Assembly (NCBI GenBank): GCA_964418245.1
Contig: CAYQKW010000004.1
Coordinates: 22 to 64,021, forward strand
Length of the DNA stretch: 64,000 nucleotides
Reading direction: 5' to 3'
Source of the DNA: an uncultured Oscillospiraceae bacterium
GTDB taxonomy: Bacteria > Bacillota > Clostridia > RUG12999
Part shown: positions 1-10,351 of the stretch, in pieces
Layout: every line of letters begins with the position of its first letter
Position numbering within the stretch: the first letter of the stretch is position 1
Notes under the pieces: generated by a model
The model's database searches: none
Seen by the model: only the letters and a program-made list of their open reading frames with translations
Told to the model about the DNA's origin: nothing
Position numbers and translations under genes: made by a program

Positions 1-76
1 TTCAAGGCTTTTGGAGGACTTTATTAAATCCCTACAAGGTGGCATAACCACCTATAAATTTTTAGGTTTCAAATTT

Positions 77-847
77 TTATTTTTCGCTTATTTTTTTATA
101 CAGCATATTCAACCCGTCTATAGTAATGTTCGGATTGACAATATCAATGAGCTTTGAATCCTCTGAGATGAGACGCGCCAAACCGCCGGTTGCAACAACC
201 TGTGTTTTTTCGCCGAGTTCGTTTTTGAATTTTTCGGCAATATAATCCACACCGCCGACATAGCTGTAAAATGTACCGGATTTCATGGCCTCAACCGTGC
301 TTGCACCAATGACGTGTTCGGGTTTTCCAATATCCACACGCGGCAGTTTTGCCGTGTTTTCGTAAAGTGCTTCAAGCGAAATTTTGACACCGGGGCAAAT
401 TGCTCCGCCCAAATATTCGCCTTTTTCCGAAACCGCACAAAACGTTGTTGCCGTTCCGAAATCTATTATAACAAGCGGTCCGCCGTACAGTTCGTATGCG
501 GCATATGCGTTTACAAGCCTGTCTGCTCCGACCTCTGCGGCGTTTGCATATTTAATCTTCAGCCCGAAATCCATATTGTTGTTTACAACAATTGGGTCTA
601 TGGATAAATATTTTCTTATGGCATGAGTAAGTGAATACATAATCGGCGGAACAACCGACGATATTATGCAGTCGGTTATCAGTTCTTTTTTCAGTTCTTT
701 TATTTTTAAAATATCAATAAGAAATATCCCTATTTCATCGGACGTTTTGTTTTTAACGGTAGACATTCTCCATGTTGCGGCGCGTGTATCCCCGTCGTAT
801 ACACCAAACGCTATATTTGTATTTCCCACATCAACAACAAGCAGCAT
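77..847 (-). CDS. coaX: type III pantothenate kinase
   Basis: 256-aa ORF. N-terminus MLLVVDVGNTNIAFGV and ASKHA-fold motifs (IIDFGTATT, GGLA) are typical of CoaX. Confidence 0.85.
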   Translation of the reverse strand: MLLVVDVGNTNIAFGVYDGDTRAATWRMSTVKNKTSDEIGIFLIDILKIKELKKELITDCIISSVVPPIMYSLTHAIRKYLSIDPIVVNNNMDFGLKIKYANAAEVGADRLVNAYAAYELYGGPLVIIDFGTATTFCAVSEKGEYLGGAICPGVKISLEALYENTAKLPRVDIGKPEHVIGASTVEAMKSGTFYSYVGGVDYIAEKFKNELGEKTQVVATGGLARLISEDSKLIDIVNPNITIDGLNMLYKKISEK

Positions 848-868
848 AACAATTTTCTTCCTTTCTTT

Positions 869-1666
869 TTAATCGCAGTATCCGTATACACCGCGGACAG
901 AAACTTCTCCGCTGTTTATCGCGGCATATCCGCTTTTGGTTTTTATAATAAGATTACCGTTTTCGCCAATATCGACCGCCTCGGCGGTATATTCGCCGCC
1001 GCTGCCGATAATTTTTACGGTTTTGCCAATGTTTACACAATATTTTTTGTATTTTTCTATCATGTTTGCAGTACAGAGATATTTTTCAAATGCAATCAAT
1101 AAATCGGCGGTAAATTTGTTAATATCAAATTTTTTACCGCACACATCGCACAGCGCAACGGCCGGATGCATCGGTTCTTCGCAAAAATGTGAAATTTCTG
1201 TATTTATACCTATACCGACAATACAGAAACGTCTGTTTTCGTGTGAGACAGCGGTTTCGGACAAAACCCCGCATACTTTTTTACCGTTTATCACAATATC
1301 GTTCGGCCACTTGATATTACAGTCAATACCAAGCGAAACAATTGTTTCTGCCGCGGCAACGGCCATTGCAAGACCGGCAAGAGGTGCTTTTTCAAAATCT
1401 TTGCCGGCATTGACACAGACCGACATATAAAGATTTCCGCGCGGAGAAAACCAGGTTCTGCCGCGTCTTCCTCTGCCGGCTGTTTGAGTTTCGGCAACGA
1501 TGACATCGCCGCATTTCAAATCGCTTTTACGTTTCAAGAAAGTGTTTGTAGAGTCTATGGTTTCTCTCACGTCAATACATTTCCACATACTTCCGTCCGT
1601 GAGTGTTGCAATAATCAATTTATCGAGTTTGCCTGTGGGCGGCACTCCGGATTTATACCGTTCCAT
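869..1666 (-). CDS. birA: biotin--[acetyl-CoA-carboxylase] ligase
   Basis: 265-aa ORF with the biotin-protein-ligase signature QTAGRGRRGRTWFSP. Confidence 0.8.
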   Translation of the reverse strand: MERYKSGVPPTGKLDKLIIATLTDGSMWKCIDVRETIDSTNTFLKRKSDLKCGDVIVAETQTAGRGRRGRTWFSPRGNLYMSVCVNAGKDFEKAPLAGLAMAVAAAETIVSLGIDCNIKWPNDIVINGKKVCGVLSETAVSHENRRFCIVGIGINTEISHFCEEPMHPAVALCDVCGKKFDINKFTADLLIAFEKYLCTANMIEKYKKYCVNIGKTVKIIGSGGEYTAEAVDIGENGNLIIKTKSGYAAINSGEVSVRGVYGYCD

Positions 1667-1675
1667 ATCCGCACC

Positions 1676-2140
1676 TCACATTTCTATAACATCGGCTCTC
1701 AAATCGTCTTCAATTTCGATTACGCCGTAGGACGCACCGTACTCTTTGCCGCAACCCGGATTCATAACCAGCATATCGCCGTCAAAGTAACATTCGCTTA
1801 TATGCGTGTGACCGTACAAAACGGCATCAACGCCCTTTTTATGTGCATATTCCGTCAGCCGTTCGACACCGAGTTTCACACTGAATTTATGCCCGTGAAC
1901 GATAAGAAATTTATATCCGGCAAGCTCAAATATTTCTTCGTCGTTGTCAATGAGAGAAAAATCGCAGTTGCCGACTACCGTTTTGTATTCGTAATCGGGA
2001 TATTCTTTCATAATTTCGTTTATATCCCTTGCACAGTCGCCGAGATGAACAATAACGGATATGTCGCGTATTCCGTCAATCGCTTTTTTCATATATTCGG
2101 TATTCCCGTGAGAATCACTGAATATCAAAATTCTGTACAT
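1676..2140 (-). CDS. metallophosphoesterase (YfcE/MJ0936-type phosphodiesterase)
   Basis: 154 aa. Calcineurin-like metal-binding motifs DSHGN, HLGD, GNCD, VHGH, GHTH. Confidence 0.75.
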   Translation of the reverse strand: MYRILIFSDSHGNTEYMKKAIDGIRDISVIVHLGDCARDINEIMKEYPDYEYKTVVGNCDFSLIDNDEEIFELAGYKFLIVHGHKFSVKLGVERLTEYAHKKGVDAVLYGHTHISECYFDGDMLVMNPGCGKEYGASYGVIEIEDDLRADVIEM

Positions 2141-2855
2141 CTGTGTTCCACCCCTTAATATCAGAATTTTTCACCGCATGAAAAATCCTGTCTTTCAATC
2201 CTTTGTTTTCGTAAGCAAGTTTTGCAATCAGGTCTTTCATATATTGTCTTTGTGTATGGCCGTCTGCCGGGCATGGATTGAACACCACCGGTACACGGTT
2301 TGCGGACGAATATCGTTTTATTTCTTTTTCAGGCATATAAATAAACGGACGTATCAGCGTTATTTTCCTTCTGTCAAGATATGTTACGGGTGAAAAACAG
2401 TTTATTCGCGCTTCGTTGAAAAGACATAGAAAAAACGTTTCTATAACATCATCGAAATGATGCCCCAGCGCGACTTTGTTACACCCGAGTTTTATTGCCG
2501 TATCGTGCAATGCACCGCGGCGCATTTTTGCACACAGCGAACACGGATTCGGCTCTTTTCGTATATCAAATACAATTTTTGCGATTTCTGTCGGTTCCAC
2601 AATATATTCAATATCATTTTTGCGGCACAGCTCCGCAATTTCCGAAAAATCCATATCTTCATATCCCATGGAAAGCGTTATGGCAACCAAATCGAATTTT
2701 TTCGGATAAAACCGCTGTAAATTCTTCATGGCAAGCATAAGGGTTAAACTGTCTTTGCCGCCGGAAACGCCTACCGCAATTTTGTCGCCGTCTTCTATCA
2801 TATTGAAATCGTCAACGGCACGTCTTGTATAGCTTAAAATCTTTCTCATAATCAA
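2115..2855 (-). CDS. ttcA: tRNA 2-thiocytidine biosynthesis protein (PP-loop ATPase)
   Basis: 246 aa. PP-loop SGGKDS plus CxxC pairs (CSLC, CPAD), as in TtcA. Confidence 0.75.
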   Translation of the reverse strand: MIMRKILSYTRRAVDDFNMIEDGDKIAVGVSGGKDSLTLMLAMKNLQRFYPKKFDLVAITLSMGYEDMDFSEIAELCRKNDIEYIVEPTEIAKIVFDIRKEPNPCSLCAKMRRGALHDTAIKLGCNKVALGHHFDDVIETFFLCLFNEARINCFSPVTYLDRRKITLIRPFIYMPEKEIKRYSSANRVPVVFNPCPADGHTQRQYMKDLIAKLAYENKGLKDRIFHAVKNSDIKGWNTDVQNFDIQ

Positions 2856-2856
2856 T

Positions 2857-5730
2857 TTATTTTACTATCAGTACGGTTGTTACCACCGATGCCTGTACCG
2901 CGCAAAATATACTGTCCCCCTCGTCTATATCGGATTCTTCGGCATCAAAAACGCCGTTGCCGTTTAATATATAAATGTTTGCCGAGCTTATGTTAAAATT
3001 TCTTTTCCAATCGTTTTCCGCACTTGCTATAATCTTGCCGGGAAATCTGTTTATAACTTTGCCGAAAAATGCCGCAACATCGCCGTACATTCTTGTTTCC
3101 TCGGTGGAAACAGCATTCCCGTAGGTCCATTCATACATGGTTTGCTGACCGCTTTTATACAAAAAGCGTATGTCTGTTATTTCGTTTTTCTCGTCAACGG
3201 CAAACTGAATCACATCGCCTTTTTTGATTTTTTCGCCGCTTCCGTCCGGCGTTAAGCATTTATCGGTATATCCGTCAAAACCTATATTGAGTTTTGCATT
3301 ATCCGGAGATATTATATATGTTTTTTTGGTTCCGCCGATTATACCCGTAACCTCAATTGCGCGGTCTCCGTCGGCATTGAGCGAATATCCCGATGAAGTG
3401 ACTGTGAACGGCGAAGATGCAAACGTCAGAGTGCTGAGTTCGCTGTCTTTTTCGTAGACAACAACAACTTCGGGTTCGTATTTTTCATCGCAGTCATAAA
3501 TTTTTACGTTGTATATCCGCGTGTTTACAATAACATTTTTGTTTTTTGTTTTATATCCGAAATCATATTCGGCGTCCTGCGGAATTATGAATATTTTTGT
3601 TTCGGGTTTTAAAGCGTAAAGCGTGGCGAATGTTCCGGCATAGCAGGTGTTTATTCCCTCAAAATTAAGAGTTGCCGCCGCTATTTCTTTAACAAGTCCG
3701 TCCGACCTTTTTTTGAGTTTGACCAAGTTGCCGGGCACAAGATTATCTTTGCCGCTTGCTGATTTTTCAACCCAAAGAATCTCCGGTTCTCCGCGTTCGG
3801 TAAGCGCTTTTATTTCAATTTCTCCGCTCATACCGTCGGCAACACCGACTTTTATTATATATGCATAGGAATCATTGTTTTTCACATCGCACCAAACAAT
3901 TTGCCTGTCGCGGTCAAAATAGAAATCTCCGCCGTCACCTGGCGACAATACGCAATTGTTTTTAAAATATCGGCTGATTTTATATCCGACAGAATAAATT
4001 GTAATTTCATCATCGGTTATGCTTTCGGCATTGCCGATAACAACGTCGTTTGTTATATCGGCATATACACATTTGCCGCCGAGGCTTTTTGCAATTTGAA
4101 CAACCTCGTTTGCGTATATTTTTGTATCAGAGGTTTCTTCTCCGTCGCGGAAAATACGGACGTATTCCGCGCTTTCGGCGTCAACGCCGAATTTTCCGGA
4201 AAATCTGTCGAAAATATCACCGTCAAGACTTCCGTCGGCTTTGGGCATATAAGTATAATAGCTTTTTATGATTACAAATTCGTCGTCTATGACTTTGATT
4301 TCACCGGAGTGGGGGAGTAAGTCCGAAAAGTTTATATCCGCAATTTTTCCGGCAAATTCGCCGTTGTATATAACACGCATTTCTCTGTTTAAAGCTTTGC
4401 TTTGCGTATCGCTTTTCAATTTCCCGTTTCGATATTCAAGAGAATCCGAGGCGTTGAAAATCGCAGTATCATCCGATTTATCCGTAAAAAATATAACGGT
4501 ATCGTCATTTATGTATATTTCAAGATTATGTCCGAGATATTCCGCAATATTCGGAACGGCATTTTTGTATATTATGTTTCCGCATACAATATTGCCTTTT
4601 AAAATACCGCTTTCACCCACGGTTGATGATATTCCGTTGTCTGTAAGCCGCCCTTTTGCGGTGCTGACGTTAAAAGCATTGTATAAAAGTGTGTTTGTTT
4701 TTTGATATTCCGTGGTTTTGCCGTAAGACACGGCTTCAAACATCTTTGTTTTCAGTGCCTTTGCGAAAAGCCGCGCGGCTTCGCCGCGAGTGAAATTTTC
4801 GGCATATGGCAGGTTAAGTTCGGCGGCAATGCTTAAATATCCGTTCGGGAATCCGCCTTTCAGCTCTGCAAGCGGACCGTATCCCAATATTTTCACAACG
4901 GTTTTTATCGCTTGAGCGTATGTTGTGTTATCTTCCGGACAAAAGTTTTTGTCCTGCGAAACAACAGAAGCCTCGACAAGATAATTCACATAAGGTGCAT
5001 ACCATTCGTCTTTGTTCACATCGGTGAAATATGTATATCCTTTAAGCGATACGGCAAACTCTGCATTCCCTGTGAGTTTAACCGCCGCCGCCGCAAATTC
5101 AGCTCTTGAAACAGGCTCGTCCGGACGGTAGCTTTTATCTTCAAATCCACTCAGAACACCAAGGGTTTTGAGTAATTTAACGTCGTTCTCGTACTTTGTT
5201 CCGATTACGTCAAAAAGGTCTGCTTTTGCGGTTTCAATTCCGCATTTTACGGAACGTATTGCCGGATTCCACGAATTTCCGCTTAAATTCGCAAATTCAA
5301 TTTTCACAAAATGTGTGCCGTACTGCTTTACCGTATAGTCGATTATATACCATTTGCCGGATTCTTTCTCGTGTATTTTTATTTTCGGTTTAACCGCACG
5401 GAAATTTTCGCCGTCATCCGATACATAAAAATTAAAGTGCGATATTGCCTCGCCGTCCCAGAAATATGTGCTGACGGTTAAATTTTCATCTGTTTTGTAC
5501 ACAATCCATTCCGCACCCAAAGCCGTTCTTTGAAAATATGTGAAATCTTCGGTGAAACTGTTTTGTTCTTCGTTTTGGGCAACGGAAGCAACAAGATTTT
5601 CACTTTTTGCATAAAGATTCAAAAAGTCGGTGCAGTCATCTCCGGAAAAAACATCGGTTTCCGCAAAAACAGCATTGCCGCTCGAAACAAGCGTAAATAT
5701 AAAAATCAATAAAAATACAATCTTTTTCAT
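2857..5730 (-). CDS. large secreted S-layer-homology (SLH) domain protein, function unknown
   Basis: 957 aa. Signal peptide MKKIVFLLIFIFTLVSSGNAVFA. Three SLH-like repeats around residues 190-330 (FEDKSYRPDEPVSRAEFAAAAVKL...; FTDVNKDEWYAPYVNYL...; ...NFTRGEAARLFAKAL). Long C-terminal region of unknown function. Confidence 0.6.
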   Translation of the reverse strand: MKKIVFLLIFIFTLVSSGNAVFAETDVFSGDDCTDFLNLYAKSENLVASVAQNEEQNSFTEDFTYFQRTALGAEWIVYKTDENLTVSTYFWDGEAISHFNFYVSDDGENFRAVKPKIKIHEKESGKWYIIDYTVKQYGTHFVKIEFANLSGNSWNPAIRSVKCGIETAKADLFDVIGTKYENDVKLLKTLGVLSGFEDKSYRPDEPVSRAEFAAAAVKLTGNAEFAVSLKGYTYFTDVNKDEWYAPYVNYLVEASVVSQDKNFCPEDNTTYAQAIKTVVKILGYGPLAELKGGFPNGYLSIAAELNLPYAENFTRGEAARLFAKALKTKMFEAVSYGKTTEYQKTNTLLYNAFNVSTAKGRLTDNGISSTVGESGILKGNIVCGNIIYKNAVPNIAEYLGHNLEIYINDDTVIFFTDKSDDTAIFNASDSLEYRNGKLKSDTQSKALNREMRVIYNGEFAGKIADINFSDLLPHSGEIKVIDDEFVIIKSYYTYMPKADGSLDGDIFDRFSGKFGVDAESAEYVRIFRDGEETSDTKIYANEVVQIAKSLGGKCVYADITNDVVIGNAESITDDEITIYSVGYKISRYFKNNCVLSPGDGGDFYFDRDRQIVWCDVKNNDSYAYIIKVGVADGMSGEIEIKALTERGEPEILWVEKSASGKDNLVPGNLVKLKKRSDGLVKEIAAATLNFEGINTCYAGTFATLYALKPETKIFIIPQDAEYDFGYKTKNKNVIVNTRIYNVKIYDCDEKYEPEVVVVYEKDSELSTLTFASSPFTVTSSGYSLNADGDRAIEVTGIIGGTKKTYIISPDNAKLNIGFDGYTDKCLTPDGSGEKIKKGDVIQFAVDEKNEITDIRFLYKSGQQTMYEWTYGNAVSTEETRMYGDVAAFFGKVINRFPGKIIASAENDWKRNFNISSANIYILNGNGVFDAEESDIDEGDSIFCAVQASVVTTVLIVK

Positions 5731-5753
5731 TATGGTTCCCCTTATCCGCCGTT

Positions 5754-6868
5754 TTACATAATCTGTTTGTAATTTGCATACAAAACGGCATATGCAATCA
5801 TAAGAAGTGTGTTGAAAATTATAATTCCGTATCTTGCCGATTTGTTCTTAACCACAATCGCCGCCGCTTGAAACAGCGGTATCAGTGCAGAAAAATATCT
5901 TCCGCCCGAAAGCAACCACGAAGCGCTGTATACGGTGAATATATACGACATACCGTATATCGCAAAGCTTGCTCGCATTCCTTTTTTCAATGCCGTGCAC
6001 ATAACCGTGCAGGCAAGTATAAAAAGGAGTACCTGCGGCAACATTATCTGAAAAGAAAGGTCGCTGCCGTTCAAAACATATTCGACAAATTTTTCTATGT
6101 TGTCGCCCAACCATGACGGTTCTTGATACCATACGTCTTTTTGATATTGCATAAATTCAAATGCATTGCCGAAAGTTATTTTGTTAATGAGAAGATATAT
6201 CCCGAAGCCCAAAACCGGTGAGAGTGCGAAACCGCATTTTTTCTTATCCGATTTAAATATTTCCGCAAGCAGAAATACGGCAAGCAGAACACCCTGAACT
6301 CTTGTGAGTGCCGCAAAGAATGCGGTAATCGCCGCCGCGGCATATCGTTTTTTCAGCGTACAATACATTGTTATTGCCGTGAGCATCACAAACAGGCTTT
6401 CGGTATATACGCCCGACATGAAAAACGCAAACGGAAAAGTATTCATGAGCATCACCGCAAATATTCCGTCGTCTTCGTTTATATCGATTGTGCAGAGCTT
6501 ATAAACATAAATTCCGCCGACTGCCGCACATATGTTGGATATTGCGAGTGCGGAAACCGCATAATCTTTTAAAACAAATGAAAGTATGCGTATCAGCAGA
6601 GGATACAGAGGATAAAAAACAATAAATTCTTTTCCGTCTCCGGTTTTTGCATAACCGTTTTTTGCAATATCGATATAGTGCGGACCGTCCCATATGTTGA
6701 ATATTTCCGGATAGCTTTTTTTTACGGTCAGACATACGGCAAATACAGTGAAAAAACGTATCAAAAGAACACCGAACGCAATTTTTGCACAGTTGTTCGG
6801 TTTTATTTTTTTATTATATTTTTCATATAAAAAACCTGCGGCAAGAACCGCCACAAACATTGCCGTCA
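5754..6868 (-). CDS. polytopic membrane protein, GT-C-like glycosyltransferase candidate
   Basis: Multi-TM ORF. Extracytoplasmic-loop motif WDGPHYIDIAKNGY...FYPLYPLL resembles PIG-V/PMT-like mannosyltransferases. Start assigned to MTAMFV (SD GAAGGCGG); the longer ORF-track start overlaps the upstream gene. Confidence 0.4.
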
Positions 6869-6885
6869 TGTTGCAATCACCGCCT

Positions 6886-7608
6886 TCAAAAAGCTGATAT
6901 GAGGGAATATCCCATAAGTATGAGTGATACCGATTTGACAGCCGCACCCATATATTTGTCGTTTATTTTGCCGAGTGCATATGCATATGCCGGCGCAAAC
7001 AAAACTTTTCCGCCGAATATGCCGCCGAAAATCAATGCCGCCGTACCGTAAAAATACATTGAATATTTTTTCATTTCGGTATGCATTGAGATGATGTATA
7101 CAAGAACGATTGCGGCACGAAAATCCAAAATCACGGCACATGCCGTAAAAATCAGCGACAACAAGAGTTTGTCGGAATATTTCATGGCAAGCACGGCAAA
7201 AAGAAGCACAGCGCCGCCGTCTGAAAAACACAGAAATATAAACGGGTAAAATATGGCATTTTCAAACTCTGCAAGCACAAATCCAAGACAGCACGTACCG
7301 AGTACTGATTTTAAAATATCGGTTTTGTCGTAAAGAACTTTGCCGAGCAAACCGCATATGAAATTATATGTGGCAGAGGAAGTTTCAAAGGCATATGCAA
7401 GCAACGTTCCGTCAAACATTTTGCCGGCATCGATACTTTTGTATATAAATTCGCATACGGCGGCGCAAATCGGTATAAAAAACGCAAGATTAATTTTTTC
7501 GTTTATTTTTATATCGAAATATTTTTTTATGATATTTATCCCGAAAACAAAGAATAAACTTACACAAATTAAACCGACAATCTGTGCCACCGTATTCACT
7601 CCTTTCAA
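6886..7608 (-). CDS. integral membrane protein, unknown function
   Basis: 240-aa hydrophobic multi-TM ORF. Its 3' end overlaps the next gene by about 20 nt in another frame. Confidence 0.45.
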   Translation of the reverse strand: MKGVNTVAQIVGLICVSLFFVFGINIIKKYFDIKINEKINLAFFIPICAAVCEFIYKSIDAGKMFDGTLLAYAFETSSATYNFICGLLGKVLYDKTDILKSVLGTCCLGFVLAEFENAIFYPFIFLCFSDGGAVLLFAVLAMKYSDKLLLSLIFTACAVILDFRAAIVLVYIISMHTEMKKYSMYFYGTAALIFGGIFGGKVLFAPAYAYALGKINDKYMGAAVKSVSLILMGYSLISAF

Positions 7609-7752
7609 TAAATGCCATTAAGCTGAAATTATTCTGCGAGTTTTTTCTCATTTCATTTTCCGCTCAAACTTCGTGATAGCATAATTATGTATTAAATACG
7701 TTCGACCGAATATTGCCGTGCAACGGCAATGCGGCGAACATATTGCGGTTGA

Positions 7753-8934
7753 TTATCTCACTTCATTCATTTTTTCCACAAAATCGGTAAACGTTGTTGT
7801 AAACGTGTAATTCAATATAAGCAAATCATCAACGTTTTCGCTTGCAACAAGCTCCGATACTTTGCCGTTGTAGCTTCGCGGGTCAACCGCAATAACGGTT
7901 TCGTAGCTGTTTGTCAGCAACGGCAACAATGCATTGCCGTATGAATCCTTTATAACACATACGGTTCGGCCGTTTGCAATATCGGTTTTTATTTTGAGAT
8001 ACGAATGGTCGCCGCCCATGAATATATTATATTTCGGTGTTTCGTCGTCGGATGGAATGTTATATATTTTGGTTTTGTAGTCAATATATTTTCCGTTTTC
8101 GTCTTTATCGTTCACGGCAACTTCAAAATTTTCTGTTCTTGTGAACCATTCAATATCATCGGCATATTTTTTCATTATCGGGTTGTTTGCCTGATTATAC
8201 AAATATCCCAAAAATCCGCCGCGTTTGTCTGCGGTTAAATCCGAAAGACTTACGGGGGTCATACCGGCTGCTTCGATGAATTTGCAATATCCGAGATATG
8301 CACCGCGCTGTGTCCAGTGATGGTCGGTTCTGAAATATATATAATCTTCGATATTTTCTTTTAACGTATCATATACGTTTATTTTCTTTATTCTTGCATC
8401 TTCGTTTTTATAAATATTGTCAATTGTTTTTTTCTGATTGTCGCCCATCTGCGGACACTCAAATTCAATTTGTGTCGGTATCAGCATTGAATATATGTTC
8501 ACATTTTTCGGTATTTCCTCAGCATATCCGTTCAACGCTTCCGCATAAAGCTCCGCCGCATTTTTATCCTCTTTATATATTTCCATTATCTTATCATCAA
8601 GGATTATAAGCGAGCCTTTCGAGCTTTGTCCGACACCGAGTCCTTTGTTTACCGAAACAAGCGTACCGTATTTTGAATTGACTCCTTTATACGTATTTAG
8701 TTTTGCCGCAAGTGCCGTGAATTTCCCACGGAATCCCACGTTGTCGGCAAGATAATCTTCAAAATCTTTTGAAAAATCTCCGCTGAACACCGTTTCGGCA
8801 TAAAAATGCGGCATTTGAGCAATTTCACGGTTTTCCTCTTTCACGCTTGCCGCGTCTTTCGGAGCAAAAATGCCGATATACGCAAACAGCGCAAGCATAA
8901 TTAAAAAAGATGATATTGTTATTTTTGAACGCAT
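7753..8934 (-). CDS. DHHW-family protein (AlgJ/DltD-like partner of an MBOAT O-acyltransferase)
   Basis: 393 aa. N-terminal signal/anchor, then FRTDHHWTQRGAY motif. Sits immediately downstream of the MBOAT gene. Confidence 0.7.
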   Translation of the reverse strand: MRSKITISSFLIMLALFAYIGIFAPKDAASVKEENREIAQMPHFYAETVFSGDFSKDFEDYLADNVGFRGKFTALAAKLNTYKGVNSKYGTLVSVNKGLGVGQSSKGSLIILDDKIMEIYKEDKNAAELYAEALNGYAEEIPKNVNIYSMLIPTQIEFECPQMGDNQKKTIDNIYKNEDARIKKINVYDTLKENIEDYIYFRTDHHWTQRGAYLGYCKFIEAAGMTPVSLSDLTADKRGGFLGYLYNQANNPIMKKYADDIEWFTRTENFEVAVNDKDENGKYIDYKTKIYNIPSDDETPKYNIFMGGDHSYLKIKTDIANGRTVCVIKDSYGNALLPLLTNSYETVIAVDPRSYNGKVSELVASENVDDLLILNYTFTTTFTDFVEKMNEVR

Positions 8935-8946
8935 TTTTACCCCTCC

Positions 8947-10335
8947 TTAAAATCTGAAATACAAAAACGGATTATATGTCTGCCCCACAAGCATTGTGAA
9001 GCAAATAAACATCGAAATCATTACCGCCGCCGGAACAATCACGGTTGCCGCTTTTGTTTTTTCAAGCTTTTGATAGCCGATTTTTATTATATTTGTTGAT
9101 GCAACGGCAAGAACCGCAATAAGGAATATATTCGACCATAATATCGAAAGAGCCGATGCATCCGCAAACATTCCGTTACCGCCCACAGCAGCGTGCAAAA
9201 ATGCTCCGAGTCTGGACATATCGGTGAAATAGAACAGCGCCCAGCCGAATATAACCACAAGCATACTGTAAACAACACCGACAGGTGTCGGAAGTTTGAG
9301 CAGTTTTCCGTTGAAGCATTTTTTTTCTATGATGAGAAGTAACCCGTAAAACACTCCCCACAATATGAAGTTCCAGCTTGCACCGTGCCAAAATCCCGTC
9401 AAAAACCACACAACAAAAATGTTTCTTATTTGGTTATGACGGTTTCCGCCGAGCGGAATGTATACATAATCTCTGAAAAACGTACTCAGCGATATGTGCC
9501 ATCTGCGCCAAAATTCCGTTACGCTTTTTGACATATACGGATAGTTGAAGTTTTCAAGGAAATCAAATCCAAAGAATTTGCCCATGCCTATTGCCATATC
9601 CGAATATCCAGAAAAATCAAAATATATCTGGAAAGTATACATGATGATGCCGAGCCACGCACCGAGAACCGAAAGCTCCGACAAATTGCCGTCCAACAGC
9701 ATTGTGGCAACTTTTCCGGCACTGTTTGCAAATATAACTTTTTTGAAAAGTCCCTGTGCAAAACGCACTATTCCCTGTGCAAAAGCTTCTTTTGTAACGG
9801 TTCTGTCGTTAATTTGCTTTTCAATATCAATATATCGCACAATAGGACCGGCAACAAGCTGCGGAAACATTGATACATACGCCATGAATTTCAAAAATGA
9901 GCGCTGTACTTTTATTTCGCCTCTGTACATATCAATTGTATACGAAAGCGTCTGGAATGTGTAAAACGATATTCCGAGCGGCAGCGAAAAAACGTTTGTC
10001 GGAAGATTCGTTTTGAAAATTGCGTTTATATTCTCACAGAAAAATCCGAGATATTTAAACGTCATAAGTATCCCAAGGTTTAAAACAAGCGAACTTATAA
10101 GTGCCGCTTTTGCCTGCCATTTTCCGAAATATTTATCTATAATCAGTCCGTGAATATAGTCTATTCCCGCACTGAACAAAAGTGCGAGAATCCACACAGG
10201 TTCTCCCCATGCATAAAATATAAGCGAGCTTATTACAAGCACCACATTTTTGTATACCATATTTTTTGATGCATAATACAGCACAAGTACAACGGGCAGA
10301 AATATGCACAAAAAAAGCAAACTTGAAAATATCAT
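8947..10335 (-). CDS. MBOAT-family membrane O-acyltransferase (AlgI/DltB/PatA-like)
   Basis: 462 aa, polytopic. Conserved MBOAT His region ...WRRWHISLSTFFRDYVYIPLGGNR...FLTGFWHG. Confidence 0.85.
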   Translation of the reverse strand: MIFSSLLFLCIFLPVVLVLYYASKNMVYKNVVLVISSLIFYAWGEPVWILALLFSAGIDYIHGLIIDKYFGKWQAKAALISSLVLNLGILMTFKYLGFFCENINAIFKTNLPTNVFSLPLGISFYTFQTLSYTIDMYRGEIKVQRSFLKFMAYVSMFPQLVAGPIVRYIDIEKQINDRTVTKEAFAQGIVRFAQGLFKKVIFANSAGKVATMLLDGNLSELSVLGAWLGIIMYTFQIYFDFSGYSDMAIGMGKFFGFDFLENFNYPYMSKSVTEFWRRWHISLSTFFRDYVYIPLGGNRHNQIRNIFVVWFLTGFWHGASWNFILWGVFYGLLLIIEKKCFNGKLLKLPTPVGVVYSMLVVIFGWALFYFTDMSRLGAFLHAAVGGNGMFADASALSILWSNIFLIAVLAVASTNIIKIGYQKLEKTKAATVIVPAAVMISMFICFTMLVGQTYNPFLYFRF

Positions 10336-10351
10336 ATTGTTTAACCTCTCT

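Noticed and set aside
314-1506. Numerous 60-200-aa ORFs on the strand opposite to coaX/birA, and similar antisense ORFs throughout the track (for example 3901-4320, 10631-11188, 16583-17350, 28220-28981).
   Set aside because: They lie entirely within well-supported genes on the other strand, have low-complexity or Cys/Phe/Arg-rich translations and no RBS. They are shadow ORFs.
5754-7608. ORFs 5754-6947 and 6886-7608 considered as one frameshifted GT-C glycosyltransferase of about 620 aa.
   Set aside because: A good SD (GAAGGCGG) and ATG (MTAMFV, 6868) exist for the downstream gene. The overlap is short and there is no homopolymer at the junction, so two overlapping genes is the simpler reading.
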